Positions 10,601 to 19,555 of a stretch of DNA of 64,000 nt are shown piece by piece (positions within the stretch are counted from its first letter, which is position 1; the number at the start of each line of letters is the position of its first letter). This stretch comes from a virus (taxonomy: Duplodnaviria; Caudoviricetes). Below the pieces are notes generated by a model. It saw only the letters and a list, made by a program, of their open reading frames with translations, searched no databases and was not told the DNA's origin. The stretch is taken from IMG/VR virus record IMGVR_UViG_3300027805_000006; one strand, 5' to 3'. Made by a program: the position numbers and the translations under genes.

Positions 10601-10973
10601 TTCTGGTTATAAGGCGTACATCAATGGAGCCCTGTATGCAACTGGGGATATTACTGCTTTCTCTGATCAAAGAATTAAGACAGATATTTCTGTAATTCCA
10701 AATGCCCTTGAAAAAGTCGAAGCTCTGCGTGGTGTTACCTATACAAGAACTGACAATGGTGATCTAGAAAGTGGAAAGCGATCCACTGGTGTTATTGCTC
10801 AGGAGGTGGAAAAGGTGCTTCCAGAAGCCGTCGTTCGGGATAAGGAAGACCCAGAAAATGGAATAATGGGTGTAAATTATGGAAATATGGTAGGTCTTCT
10901 CATTGAAGCCGTAAAGGAACTAAGCGCTAAGGTAAAGCACCTGGAGCAAAAATTAGAGAAATATGAGGGCTAA
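4608..10973 (+). CDS. Long tail fibre protein (2121 aa), modular, with C-terminal Peptidase S74 chaperone
   Basis: Repeated linkers NYNSYAPTLTGTGASGTW and TLQTARTING alternate with unique domains. C-terminus contains SDQRIKTDI...GVIAQEVEKVLPEAV...VNYGNMVGLLIEAVKEL. Confidence 0.9.
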   Translation: MAVNRKFVVKHGLDANAISIDNLGALGSTFGLAGGHTLTLSTTNTTSVTLPTSGTLATTADLGGYQPLDADLTSIAGLAGTSGFLKKTAANSWSLDTNTYLTGNQTITFSGDATGSGTTAVALTLANSGVTASTYKSVTVDVKGRVTAGTNPTTLAGYGISDAQPLDADLTAIAGLAGTSGFLKKTAADAWVLDTNTYLTANQSITISGDVSGTGTTAITTTLANSGVSAASYGSASQVATFTVDAKGRLTTAASTSIAITTSQVTSGTFADARIAASNVTQHQASLSIAETQITDGTLLARLGSNETVTGTWSFSNPVSGATPTTDSHLATKQYVDNLSTGLDMKQSVRAATTGPITLSGTQTIDGVAVVAGDRVLVKDQGTASQNGIYVVAAGAWSRSTDTDGNPAAEVTSGLYTFVTEGTVNADTGWVLATNDPITLNTTGLTFVQFTGLGQITAGDGLTKTGSTLNVVTASAARIVVNPDSIDLATAGTAGTYRSVTTDAYGRVTAGTNPTTLSGYAISDAQPLDADLTALAALSGTGFAVRTAANTWAQRDIAVSGNGLSITNGTGISGNPTVTSNATNANTASTIVFRDASGNFSAGTITASLSGNATTATTATVANSISVPDTRNVTTTPETINQSVVFDFKANTSNALSDGGTYHGLMTFRQWGSTTDWSGGRSHQLGFTDNDNVWHRSGTSTTWGTWYKLWHSGNDGSGSGLDADLLDGLELHTGRNNEVNKVVRTDASGYLQTGWINTTSGDNGTTAIDRVYASSDGYIRYYTPTNFRTVLDVPTRTGGSASGTWSISVTGNAGTATTLQTARTINGISFNGSADVVVPSDWLHSGRDFPLGTLVQTTIDYSVTNGDPWVLEIRGNAYGSIVPFEIQYQGYIYSDTIINHGGYSVGTTLTGLVVFNYGGKLCFWWPNQSYWHGYNVRVYTTYSGYKPNTVTTITNEAKPVSITKEVALSSGIRQVLRSDNYNSYAPTLTGTGASGTWGISISGNAATATTLQTARTINGTSFNGSANITITANTPNSLTFNNGGAGGASGSTFNGGSALTVSYNTVGAPSTTGTNASGTWGINITGNAATASASSTSNTMRVADGTGWLGAGSSISTSGGRAVDLAPNTFSNGIFFEFKNSGSFSGLGNYAGLITIAPWLGTTASTGDPNYQLIFSPAAVNSTSAPTVRVRAGIDTAWGSWSTLLHSSNYNSYAPTLTGGGASGTWGINITGDAGTVDGFSAQIAQAAGTIPVRDGSGYTYFNYINSNTGNAENPTVSQVIVTNGSDGFYRKASIAHLTSSLSGTASSLTAGAVTGITNGTYTGDLNALTTSGFYRINNGQANSPSDYAQVLVIHGSSDTITQIAGAYSTGTLLTRSGNPSNVGGGGAWSAWRTVLADHNYNTYAPTLTGTGASGTWSINVTGNAGTATTLQTARTINGVSFNGSANITITANTPSSLTFNNGGSGGASGSTFNGGSALTVSYNTVGAPSTTGTNASGTWGINITGDAGTVDGFSASQSITANHIVVRDVNGYIFGNYINMTDEGTSGTAGTITGIIAKRGDNYYRNTNAASVAAFISGQNFNTTGNAATATNATNATNATNATNATVGLATSRSGNWNTDFSATTSNTQNWGETSSGGPSGSWYFQENMRHSNSSNVWGRQNAWGWEDNANELYSRNVSGGTWSSWVRFLNSANYNSYAPTLTGTGASGTWGISITGRAYPRRSDGGDLNFFWSGQSGQPTWLWGGTDGTNMYVYNPSNFSVNYATSAGSVGSSITFNNGGGGGGSGSTYNGGSALTVSYNTVGAPSTTGTNASGTWGINITGNAATSSNTSSISSAVGGGYTWTGLQQFRSSAAVGTAGRSGAFEAFTPGNASDAATMSFHRAGYYAINMGLDSDNVFRLGGWSDGGSTYRLAVSSTTLSAHRYGGLSVSGSSYGSIRVDGTTNSYAGTYYADASGSVGGMFDTSGNGGDYDSTTGWHFYWNRSTTCLGIGGSSTASGYKAYINGALYATGDITAFSDQRIKTDISVIPNALEKVEALRGVTYTRTDNGDLESGKRSTGVIAQEVEKVLPEAVVRDKEDPENGIMGVNYGNMVGLLIEAVKELSAKVKHLEQKLEKYEG
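9384..9428 (+). repeat. 9-bp tandem repeat AATGCAACG x5 (encodes NAT repeats)
   Basis: Seen directly; the last copy is AATGCAACT. Confidence 0.95.
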
Positions 10974-10990
10974 ACAATAGGGCGCTTGAA

Positions 10991-10996
10991 TAAATA
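10991..10996 (+). promoter_or_regulatory. T4-type late promoter core TAAATA
   Basis: In the intergenic gap, 27 nt before the ATG at 11023. Confidence 0.6.
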
Positions 10997-11022
10997 CATA
11001 TGTCACTCTTTAGAGACCTACT

Positions 11023-14000
11023 ATGCTAATTGATCGTCCACAGATAACTGAAACGTCATTCATTGAGAATGCTGTTGTTGCAAGCGGTGCAACAAATCCA
11101 GCAAACCCAGATATAGGTGAATTATTTTATAACACTACAGATCAGAAACTAATGGTCTATAGCGGTACTAGTTGGGTTGAAGCAGGCTCAACTGGAATTG
11201 CAGCACACGAGGCAAACGCGGCACTTCACCTGACATCTTCTCAAAATACGCTGCTAGATAATTTAACAGCATCTGCTGCTGAGTTAAATTATATGGTTGG
11301 GGTAACCAGCAGCGTTCAAACTCAAATTGATACAACAAACATAAATTTAGCCAATGAAGTAACGCGCGCAACTACTGCTGAAAATAGTCTTCAACTTCAG
11401 ATTACAAATAATGGAAGCAGTTTTACAACACATATTGGAGATGCATCTCTTCACCTGACATCTTCTCAAAATACGCTGCTAGATAATTTAACAGCATCTG
11501 CTACTGAGTTAAATTATATGGTTGGTGTAACCAGCAGCGTTCAAACTCAGATCAATTCAGCAAATACAAATCTAACAAACCACGCTGGCGATGCTTCTCT
11601 TCACCTAACATCTGGGCAAAACACCCTCTTAGATGGAATTACCGTAAGTTCTGGAGAAGTAAATCAACTTGCAGGAATTTCACAGACAACAACCATTCAA
11701 AATCAACTAAATGCTCGCCTGAAGTTGGATGGTACTACCACAATGACAGGCAACCTTGCAATGGGGTCAAACCGGATTACCGGGCTTGGTGCTCCAGTGG
11801 ATGCTACTGATGCGGTCAATAAGGACTATGTCGATAACACCGTACAAGGTCTATCTTGGAAACAAGCAGTTGTTGTTGCAACTGTTGCCGATATAACACT
11901 AAGTGGGCTACAGACAATTGAAGGAGTTACTCTTGCAACAAATGACCGTGTTCTAGTAAAGGGTCAAACTAATCTATCAGAAAACGGAATTTGGCTTGCA
12001 TCATCTGGGGCATGGACAAGGGCAAGTGATGCAAATACTTCTGCTGAACTTGATGGTGCTGCAGTATTTGTGCAAAGAGGCGCTACTGTTGCAGATAGCG
12101 CTTGGGTGCAGGTAAATGAGATTGCAACTCTTGGAATTAGTTCAATTGTGTGGTCAAGGTTTGCTGCTTCAGGTGGTCTAAATGCAGGAAACGGTATTGA
12201 TGTTACTGGTGCAGTCATATCAGTAAAAAATGGAAATGGACTAGCATTCTCTGGGTCAAGCCTTGTTGTCAATACAACTTCTGACTTGACATTTAGCGGT
12301 ACGCAATTAGCACTTCCAAATACTGGTGTTACTGCTGGAACATACGGTTCATCAACAAGTATACCATCATTTACTGTAGATGCAAAAGGACGAATTACAA
12401 GTGCATCTACAACATCTGCAGTTGGTACATTCCAAGCCGCAGATGCTGACCTAGATGCGCTGGCTGCACTTTCAACAACTGGCATCATTGTTAAAACGGG
12501 GGCTGGTACAGCAGCAACACGCACTCTTGAGGTTGATACAAACACTGGTCTGTCTATACTTTATGCAGATGGAACTGCAGGAAATCCAAAGATTGCAACA
12601 AATGCCACGTCAAGTAACGTGTCAAGTACTATTGTTGCAAGAGATGCAGCAGGCAATTTTTCTGCAGGAACAATTACTGCAAGTTTATCTGGAACTGCAA
12701 CTAATGCAACATATGCAACATCGGCTGGAAGTGCAGCAACTGCAACGGATGCAACTAATGCATCATACGCAACAACGGCTGGAACTGCAACTAATGCAAC
12801 ATATGCAACATCGGCTGGAAGTGCAGCAACTGCAACGGATGCAACTAATGCAGCAAATGTTCCATGGACTGGAGTATCAGGTAAGCCAACAACGATTGCT
12901 GGATATGGCTTAACAGACGCGGCGTCAATTTCACTGATGAATTCATCAGATTATCTTAACTTACCACCACTTGCCGGTGTATTGCGCGATAATAATGTAC
13001 CACTGTACTCAGATTTTAAATTCTCACAGGGCAGTTGGAATACATCAACTTTCACGTGGGTAGATAGCGAAGGTAAACAAGTTAAGTACTACAGTACTAC
13101 ATCGCCGCTCAGTTACAGCAACATGTTCCGTGCATATAGGTATTCTGATTCTGATTCTTGGATATTTGACAATGAACCTGTGACAGTTGGATTTGCACTA
13201 GGCACGGAAAAAGTAGGTCGCATTCTGAACATGGGCACAAACTATGCTGTTGTTCAGTTGTTTACTGTTGCACTACCAGAAGCATTAACTCGAACTGTGA
13301 TTGTAACAACCGGCGGCTCATCTGATTCTGCGGACTGGACAATACTTGCTGATGTATCATCTATTAACTCATCTCGCAACAGAGCCAATTATCTAGTAGT
13401 ACCAACTGCATCTGGCACACGCATCCTAGTTGTTTATACTGTATCTGAAGATGTTTATCTTACAGTGTATGATACGTCATTGAATGTTCTTAGAACACAG
13501 TTGCTTTACGAAGCACTTGTGATGATGAATACAACAGATACACTAGGCCAAGGTCGAGTTGCTCCAGCAGCAAATGCTGTTAGTCTGTTTAATTATTCTG
13601 GTGCAGGGTGTACATATCCAAGTACATGGGATCCGTTCAATCAAAAATTCCATATGCACTGCTCATCATATTACGTATGGACTAGTGCAACAGGTACAGC
13701 GAATGGTCAGGGCTTTGGGGTATCTATATCATGGTCAATTCCAAAAACTTGGATTGAATCTGGAGTTGGAACACCAACAAATTTAATACCAATTAAATCA
13801 GGATCATACAGATATAATCTTTTACCAGATAGCACGTGGGGCACGCAGACCGGCGGTATGTCAAATTCTTGGACTGGCGGTCAAAACGTTTCACTTATAA
13901 CCGATGAATATTCTGGTCAGATAATTGCTACATCAAAGGGGTCATTTGACTCATCAAGCACTGGGTCAACGTACAGATTAGTTTCAAATTTTGCATACCA

Positions 14001-16752
14001 AACATTTGATACAAGTCTGCTATCTCCTCAGATTGTTTCATCACATTCGCTTCAGATACCAGACGGTTCTGCCTGGTCAAAGTTGCTGTATTCATACTGG
14101 GGTCAAGTTATTGGCAACCAGATTCTAATGCTTTCACAATCAACGCGCTATGGTTCACGATTTGTTTTAGCGCAGTTTAGCACTACAGAATTCAAGTCTG
14201 CAGCAATAACCAATGATACGCTCAAGCTTGATAGCCCATCTGCTGTTCTTGACCCACAAAATGCTGTTGGTGTTCCAGCATCTGTTGCAGCAAACTGGGC
14301 TCCTGGAAACTTTGGCGTAACTGTTGCCAGCGGAGTTCCAACCTATTATCACTGCGCGCCTGGCCAGACAGTTTATACGATTACTGCATCAGGAGTTTCG
14401 CGTCTTTATACGTCTGCTGGTATTTCAATGCCAGCAATTCCTTCTACTATTTCAGGAATTTCAGGAATTGTTAATCAAAACGTAATTTCCTGGAACTTAA
14501 GCGTTGGTGCTCCTATATTTTGGGCAGTAGTTCGTTCTTCTACTGGTCAAGCATACGTTGCAAAGTGCACTTCAGGCTCTTGGACAATTCCTGGCGCAAA
14601 TATAGCACAGGCTGAAATAGATGCTGGTAAAAGTAATCGAGGCGATACGTCAAACTCGATATATTTTGATACCGGTGGGTCTGCACTGTTAACACAAAAC
14701 GGGCGTTTTATGTTTGGTGGTGCCGTACCTTTTACCGGTGGCACTTATTGGATCTATACTAGCTACAACGTAAATACGAATGTCAGCACTTCAGGTGTTC
14801 CAAGCAGCGCGTTCGCTAATATAGCAACAGCACCAGCAACGTATAAGTCTGCTGGTGGTTATCCAGGCGGAACATTTGGATATAGCACTACTTTGGGATA
14901 TTATTGGTATCTTGCAACTGGTGTTTATGATGCTGCATATTTCTGCTCTTCTCGTGATATTCGTACTGGGGCGTCAGTTACTGAAGATGAATGGGCAACA
15001 GCATCATCTACGCGTTTCCAGACATATATTACAACTGAGTCAGCGACTGGACTGGTAGCGTATATTTCTTCATATCCTCTTTTCATTGGTGGATATTATT
15101 GTGTTACACCCACGCAATCTATTGCACTTACTGCTTCAGCAGTAAATTACGTGTATGCAACAAAGGATAGCGCAGATAGATCAACCGTTCTTATATCTGC
15201 TTCAACAACGCTATTACCATCATCATTCTCTCGTGTGCTATTGGCAACAATTACGACTAATGCAACAAACATTACATCACAGATCACATATCCAATAATT
15301 CAAAAGGATGCTGTCGAAGATTTATCCAACGTATCTATATCTGGAAAAGCAATTGGTGATGCACTAACTTGGAACGGTACTACTTGGACTAATTCTGTAG
15401 TTAGTTCTTTAGTATCTGGAACACCCAATAATACTCCCAATACCATAGTTTCAAGAGATGGGACAGGCAACTTTAGCGCAGGGACTATCACTGCAAATCT
15501 AACTGGCACAGCTTCAAATGCAACTGGCTTAAGTGGAATCACTTCTGCACTGGGGCAACCAGTGCAGCCTGCAACAATAAGTTCTATTTTGGGTCAAGAC
15601 ACTAACGGTTCGCTATATCGATATAACCTCACTGCCCTGGGTGCATTTGGAATTCTAACAACTTCCAACTACAACTCATATGCACCTACTCTAACTGGCA
15701 CTGGTGCTTCAGGCACCTGGTCAATCAACGTAACAGGTAATGCAGACACAGCAACAACGTTGCAAACAGCAAGAACCATAAATGGTACATCATTCAATGG
15801 TTCCGCCAATATTACAATTACTGCTAATACGCCAAATTCAGTCACATTTAACAATGGTGGCGCTGGCGATACATCTGGATCTACTTTCAATGGCAGTGTT
15901 GCTAGAACTATTTCATACAATACATTAGGCGCCCCATCAACAACTGGCACTAACGCATCTGGTACCTGGGGCATCAGCATTCTGGGAAGCGCTGCTACGC
16001 TAACTACGTCAAGATTTATTAATGGTACATTATTTAACGGGGGTGCAAGCATCAATTTCTTTGATGCTTTTGATTCAGGGGTGGCATCACCTAGTCCAAC
16101 ATCACTTACCGCAAATACTATCAGGGGGTTTGATGCTTACAGCAGCACAGATTTCCCAGGAGCCTACTATACGGGTCTTACAATTAATGGTGCAGCAGGA
16201 GTACGTTCTGCGCAACTTGCCTTCAACTGGAATTCAGAAGAGGCTGCACCAACACTAGTATATTTTAGAACAAATGATGATACCAGCGACGCACCTACCT
16301 GGAGTGCGTGGAGAAGAATTCTTGTAGATGGTACTACAGCAACATTTGCAAATGGTTCTTTAGCCGCACCGTCAATTGCATTTGCCGATGAAACAACTCT
16401 TGGCTTCTATCGCACAACTGGAACAATCAACGCAACTGGCAACTTCATTGCAACTGGAAACGTTGGCGCTTTCTCTGATGAACGTATTAAGAAGAACATT
16501 CAACCAATTGAGAGCGCACTTTCAAAGGTTCAGCAGATCAATGGTGTAAGTTTCGAGCGTGTTGATGATACATCAGGAAAGAGATATGTTGGTGTAATTG
16601 CTCAGCAGGTCGAAAGAGTTCTTCCTGAGGTAGTTGAACAAAACAATGATGGAATGAAGTCAGTTGCCTACGGAAATATGGTTGGTCTTCTTGTTGAAGC
16701 AATTAAGGAACTCAAGGCTGAAATTGAGGAACTGAAGAAGAATAGGGGTTAA
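11023..16752 (+). CDS. Long tail fibre protein (1909 aa) with large unique central domain and C-terminal Peptidase S74 chaperone
   Basis: N-terminal 75-aa repeats (HLTSSQNTLLDNLTASA), a WKQAVVVAT module shared with the 4608 gene, and a C-terminal SDERIKKNI...GVIAQQVE...VAYGNMVGLLVEAIKEL. Confidence 0.9.
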   Translation: MLIDRPQITETSFIENAVVASGATNPANPDIGELFYNTTDQKLMVYSGTSWVEAGSTGIAAHEANAALHLTSSQNTLLDNLTASAAELNYMVGVTSSVQTQIDTTNINLANEVTRATTAENSLQLQITNNGSSFTTHIGDASLHLTSSQNTLLDNLTASATELNYMVGVTSSVQTQINSANTNLTNHAGDASLHLTSGQNTLLDGITVSSGEVNQLAGISQTTTIQNQLNARLKLDGTTTMTGNLAMGSNRITGLGAPVDATDAVNKDYVDNTVQGLSWKQAVVVATVADITLSGLQTIEGVTLATNDRVLVKGQTNLSENGIWLASSGAWTRASDANTSAELDGAAVFVQRGATVADSAWVQVNEIATLGISSIVWSRFAASGGLNAGNGIDVTGAVISVKNGNGLAFSGSSLVVNTTSDLTFSGTQLALPNTGVTAGTYGSSTSIPSFTVDAKGRITSASTTSAVGTFQAADADLDALAALSTTGIIVKTGAGTAATRTLEVDTNTGLSILYADGTAGNPKIATNATSSNVSSTIVARDAAGNFSAGTITASLSGTATNATYATSAGSAATATDATNASYATTAGTATNATYATSAGSAATATDATNAANVPWTGVSGKPTTIAGYGLTDAASISLMNSSDYLNLPPLAGVLRDNNVPLYSDFKFSQGSWNTSTFTWVDSEGKQVKYYSTTSPLSYSNMFRAYRYSDSDSWIFDNEPVTVGFALGTEKVGRILNMGTNYAVVQLFTVALPEALTRTVIVTTGGSSDSADWTILADVSSINSSRNRANYLVVPTASGTRILVVYTVSEDVYLTVYDTSLNVLRTQLLYEALVMMNTTDTLGQGRVAPAANAVSLFNYSGAGCTYPSTWDPFNQKFHMHCSSYYVWTSATGTANGQGFGVSISWSIPKTWIESGVGTPTNLIPIKSGSYRYNLLPDSTWGTQTGGMSNSWTGGQNVSLITDEYSGQIIATSKGSFDSSSTGSTYRLVSNFAYQTFDTSLLSPQIVSSHSLQIPDGSAWSKLLYSYWGQVIGNQILMLSQSTRYGSRFVLAQFSTTEFKSAAITNDTLKLDSPSAVLDPQNAVGVPASVAANWAPGNFGVTVASGVPTYYHCAPGQTVYTITASGVSRLYTSAGISMPAIPSTISGISGIVNQNVISWNLSVGAPIFWAVVRSSTGQAYVAKCTSGSWTIPGANIAQAEIDAGKSNRGDTSNSIYFDTGGSALLTQNGRFMFGGAVPFTGGTYWIYTSYNVNTNVSTSGVPSSAFANIATAPATYKSAGGYPGGTFGYSTTLGYYWYLATGVYDAAYFCSSRDIRTGASVTEDEWATASSTRFQTYITTESATGLVAYISSYPLFIGGYYCVTPTQSIALTASAVNYVYATKDSADRSTVLISASTTLLPSSFSRVLLATITTNATNITSQITYPIIQKDAVEDLSNVSISGKAIGDALTWNGTTWTNSVVSSLVSGTPNNTPNTIVSRDGTGNFSAGTITANLTGTASNATGLSGITSALGQPVQPATISSILGQDTNGSLYRYNLTALGAFGILTTSNYNSYAPTLTGTGASGTWSINVTGNADTATTLQTARTINGTSFNGSANITITANTPNSVTFNNGGAGDTSGSTFNGSVARTISYNTLGAPSTTGTNASGTWGISILGSAATLTTSRFINGTLFNGGASINFFDAFDSGVASPSPTSLTANTIRGFDAYSSTDFPGAYYTGLTINGAAGVRSAQLAFNWNSEEAAPTLVYFRTNDDTSDAPTWSAWRRILVDGTTATFANGSLAAPSIAFADETTLGFYRTTGTINATGNFIATGNVGAFSDERIKKNIQPIESALSKVQQINGVSFERVDDTSGKRYVGVIAQQVERVLPEVVEQNNDGMKSVAYGNMVGLLVEAIKELKAEIEELKKNRG
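12691..12852 (+). repeat. Exact 72-bp direct repeat with 90-bp period (GTATNATYATSAGSAATATDATNA)
   Basis: GGAACTGCAACTAATGCAACATATGCAACATCGGCTGG... starts at 12691 and 12781. Confidence 0.9.
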
Positions 16753-16757
16753 GCACT

Positions 16758-17729
16758 ATGCCTGTTCCTTCAGGTCCGCTAAGTCTTGGTAATATTCAGA
16801 CAGAGTACGGTGGCTCAAATCCGGCGTCGTTGTCTGAGTACTACAGAGGTGCTTCATCCAGTTCTACGGTACCAAATCAAACATCTGCTGGGACTTATGG
16901 TACAATTCCCACGTCTGGTGCAATTTCAATGGGTACTTTTAGGAGCAAGGGCAAGTTCGTATTTAATGCCACAATTTCCACAAACACAACTGACTATAAT
17001 ATTTCAAGTGCTGCAACCTCAGCGGGTTGGGATGGCAGTGAAACACTTATTGCTTCAGTAACAATCAATGCTGGCGTATATGTTTATGCCACAACGACTT
17101 CTGCATATGCATTAGATACTGGAAGCAGTTTTCCAGGTGGTCACTATATTGCAATTACAAACAATGGGTTAATAGTTGGAAGGGGCGGGGCTGGCGGAAC
17201 AGGTGGTGGTTCCAATGCGTCATCTGCACTTGCCGCTGTTGCTGGAAGTGCTGGTGGTCCTGCGCTAAGAGCACAGGTTGCTGTCGAAGTTACCAACAAT
17301 GGCACCATTGGTGGTGGAGGTGGTGGTGGTGGAGGTGGTGCATCTGTATGGTTGGCAGATGGTGACAAGTCAGGCACTACTACATACAGCGCCTCTGGTG
17401 GAGGGGGCGGGGGAGGGCGTGCAAATGGCACGGCAGGTGTCAGAGGAACAGCGGCGGGTACTGATATTATAGCAAATAATGGTGCTAATGGAACTGCTGG
17501 TGCTCTTACAACCGTTGGGGCTGGTGGTGCAGGCTCAACGGGCTTTGGATGGGCAGGAGGGAATGGTGGTGCTGGTGGTGCTCTAGGCACTGCAGGCTCT
17601 TCTGGTCTTGCATCGACTGGTGGAACAAGCGGTGGTGTGGGGGCTGGAGGTGGTGGAGGTGCTGCAGTTGTTGGAAATGCAAATATTACGTGGGTGGTAA
17701 CTGGCACTAGGCTGGGCGCCCTTACATAA
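16758..17729 (+). CDS. Glycine-rich receptor-binding adhesin, T-even gp38-like (copy 1)
   Basis: Pattern ...TINAGV...NNG.I.GRGG...NNGTIGGGGGGG...GGGGGGGR...GAAVVGNANITW..GT.LG matches the glycine-rich-motif layout and C-terminus of T2/S16 gp38. Confidence 0.7.
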   Translation: MPVPSGPLSLGNIQTEYGGSNPASLSEYYRGASSSSTVPNQTSAGTYGTIPTSGAISMGTFRSKGKFVFNATISTNTTDYNISSAATSAGWDGSETLIASVTINAGVYVYATTTSAYALDTGSSFPGGHYIAITNNGLIVGRGGAGGTGGGSNASSALAAVAGSAGGPALRAQVAVEVTNNGTIGGGGGGGGGGASVWLADGDKSGTTTYSASGGGGGGGRANGTAGVRGTAAGTDIIANNGANGTAGALTTVGAGGAGSTGFGWAGGNGGAGGALGTAGSSGLASTGGTSGGVGAGGGGGAAVVGNANITWVVTGTRLGALT

Positions 17730-17737
17730 TATTCAGA

Positions 17738-17743
17738 TAAATA
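17738..17743 (+). promoter_or_regulatory. T4-type late promoter core TAAATA
   Basis: Intergenic, 26 nt before the ATG at 17769. Confidence 0.6.
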
Positions 17744-17768
17744 TTACACTTCCAGAATAAAGTCAAAA

Positions 17769-19541
17769 ATGACCTTACCAACCTCAGGACCTATAACATT
17801 ATTAGATATTCAAACTGAGTTTGGTGGCTCTAATCCTATCTACCTCAATGAATACTACCGTGGTGGCACCTATGTTCCTGCAGGCACATCTGCAGGAACT
17901 GGTTCATTTCAAGACGCGCCTTTGACATACGCTGCTCCTGCACAAATTGCAGCCAGCAGTACCATTCAAATGTCTATGTTCAGGGGAACAAGTGCAGTAG
18001 TGCCATTTGTATTGAACGTTGTTGTATCTACAAATACCACCAATTTCACAATGAGAAACCGAGCCATATCTGCTGGCTGGGACCAGACAAGCCCGCTCAT
18101 TATGACGGTCACCATAAATGCTGGGGTTACGGTAGGTGCATCTGACACAATAAATTCAGCATTTAGAACAAAATTACTTGGCAACCCTGCTTTTCCTGTA
18201 GGCTCTAGCCTTACGCTAATAAACAACGGCACGATTGCTGGAGCGGGTGGTATTGGTGGAGGTGGCGCTGTAGTAGCGTCTGAGGCATCTGTAGGAACAG
18301 GAATATCAGGCAACAGTGGTGGAAGAGCCCTGCAGGCACTAGACCCCCTCTTTGTTACCAATAATGGGACTATTGGTGGTGGTGGTGGAGGAGGTGGAGG
18401 TGGTGGCGCTCTTGTAGTAATTACAGATGGGAAACTTGGCATAAGCGCTGGCTACGGTGGTGGTGGCGGTGGTGGCGGTCAAGCAGTTTTGTTGATTGCT
18501 AATAATTTTGGTCCTGGTGGAACCGTTGCCGGCTGTGATTCGAACACACCAGGTGATGCAGGCACTAATGGAACAGTATCTACTGCTGGTTTAGGTGGCG
18601 CTGGTGCAACTGCTGGTGGAAGCAAAACTGCTGGATCTGGAGGTGCGGGTGGTACTCTTGGCCAGCCTGGCCAGCCGGGCAGATCAGTAACTGGTGGTTC
18701 TTTGGGCGGAGCAGGTGGTGCTGCTGGACCAGCAATTGAAGGAAATGCAAATATTACTTGGGGCAACTTTGGAACAATTCTAGGTTCTGGCTGGACATCT
18801 CCATATTCTCTTTCAGCCAACGTAAATCCGGTGAATGAAGGGTCAAGCGTAACTATATCATTGATTGGAACTGGAATTAGTGGCACAAATGTTCCATACA
18901 CAATTACTGGGGTGTCCTCAGCAGATATCAGCGGGGCTGCACTGTCAGGAAATTTTGTAGTAGGAACAACACCAACTCAGGTCATTACTCTTGCTGCAGA
19001 TGGTATAACAGAAGGAACTGAAACAATGACAGTTGCACTAACTCCTCCATCCGGACAGACTTCTTCACCATTAGTGGCAGTAACTGTAAATGATACATCA
19101 TTTGGGGCTGGACAGGTATTACCTAGCGCGTCAAGCACTTGGCAAATTGAAAATACTACAGTTTATCCAGCAACTGCACAGACAAATATTCATTTTAGAT
19201 CTTATGGCGATACTGAATATCCAAACGGAGGAGTTTTATCTGGAAGCAATTGGTTCACCGTTACTACTCCAGGAATAGGATCATCTTACTGGATTAGATT
19301 TACCGTAAATTCTGGCACTGTACCGCAGGGTTCTCCAGTAAATACTTGGATATCACTGAGTATAGCGCCAAGTTGGTACATCCAGTCTACTATGACGATA
19401 GCACAGAATAACGGTGGAATGACTTTAACAAAACAAACAGAATTTACTATAGACATAGCATCAAATTCAACAGGAACAAATATAGTAGCAACTCACACTG
19501 GTAATACCTTCTATGCAGAACAGGTATCGTCGTTGCTATAA
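17769..19541 (+). CDS. Glycine-rich gp38-like adhesin (copy 2) with C-terminal extension (Ig/Calx-beta-like plus beta domain)
   Basis: Shares the N-terminus LP.SGPI...IQ.EFGGSNPI.L.EYYRGG and the poly-Gly motifs. About 245 extra aa follow GNANITWG. Confidence 0.7.
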   Translation: MTLPTSGPITLLDIQTEFGGSNPIYLNEYYRGGTYVPAGTSAGTGSFQDAPLTYAAPAQIAASSTIQMSMFRGTSAVVPFVLNVVVSTNTTNFTMRNRAISAGWDQTSPLIMTVTINAGVTVGASDTINSAFRTKLLGNPAFPVGSSLTLINNGTIAGAGGIGGGGAVVASEASVGTGISGNSGGRALQALDPLFVTNNGTIGGGGGGGGGGGALVVITDGKLGISAGYGGGGGGGGQAVLLIANNFGPGGTVAGCDSNTPGDAGTNGTVSTAGLGGAGATAGGSKTAGSGGAGGTLGQPGQPGRSVTGGSLGGAGGAAGPAIEGNANITWGNFGTILGSGWTSPYSLSANVNPVNEGSSVTISLIGTGISGTNVPYTITGVSSADISGAALSGNFVVGTTPTQVITLAADGITEGTETMTVALTPPSGQTSSPLVAVTVNDTSFGAGQVLPSASSTWQIENTTVYPATAQTNIHFRSYGDTEYPNGGVLSGSNWFTVTTPGIGSSYWIRFTVNSGTVPQGSPVNTWISLSIAPSWYIQSTMTIAQNNGGMTLTKQTEFTIDIASNSTGTNIVATHTGNTFYAEQVSSLL

Positions 19542-19555
19542 TTAGGAGATTTTAA

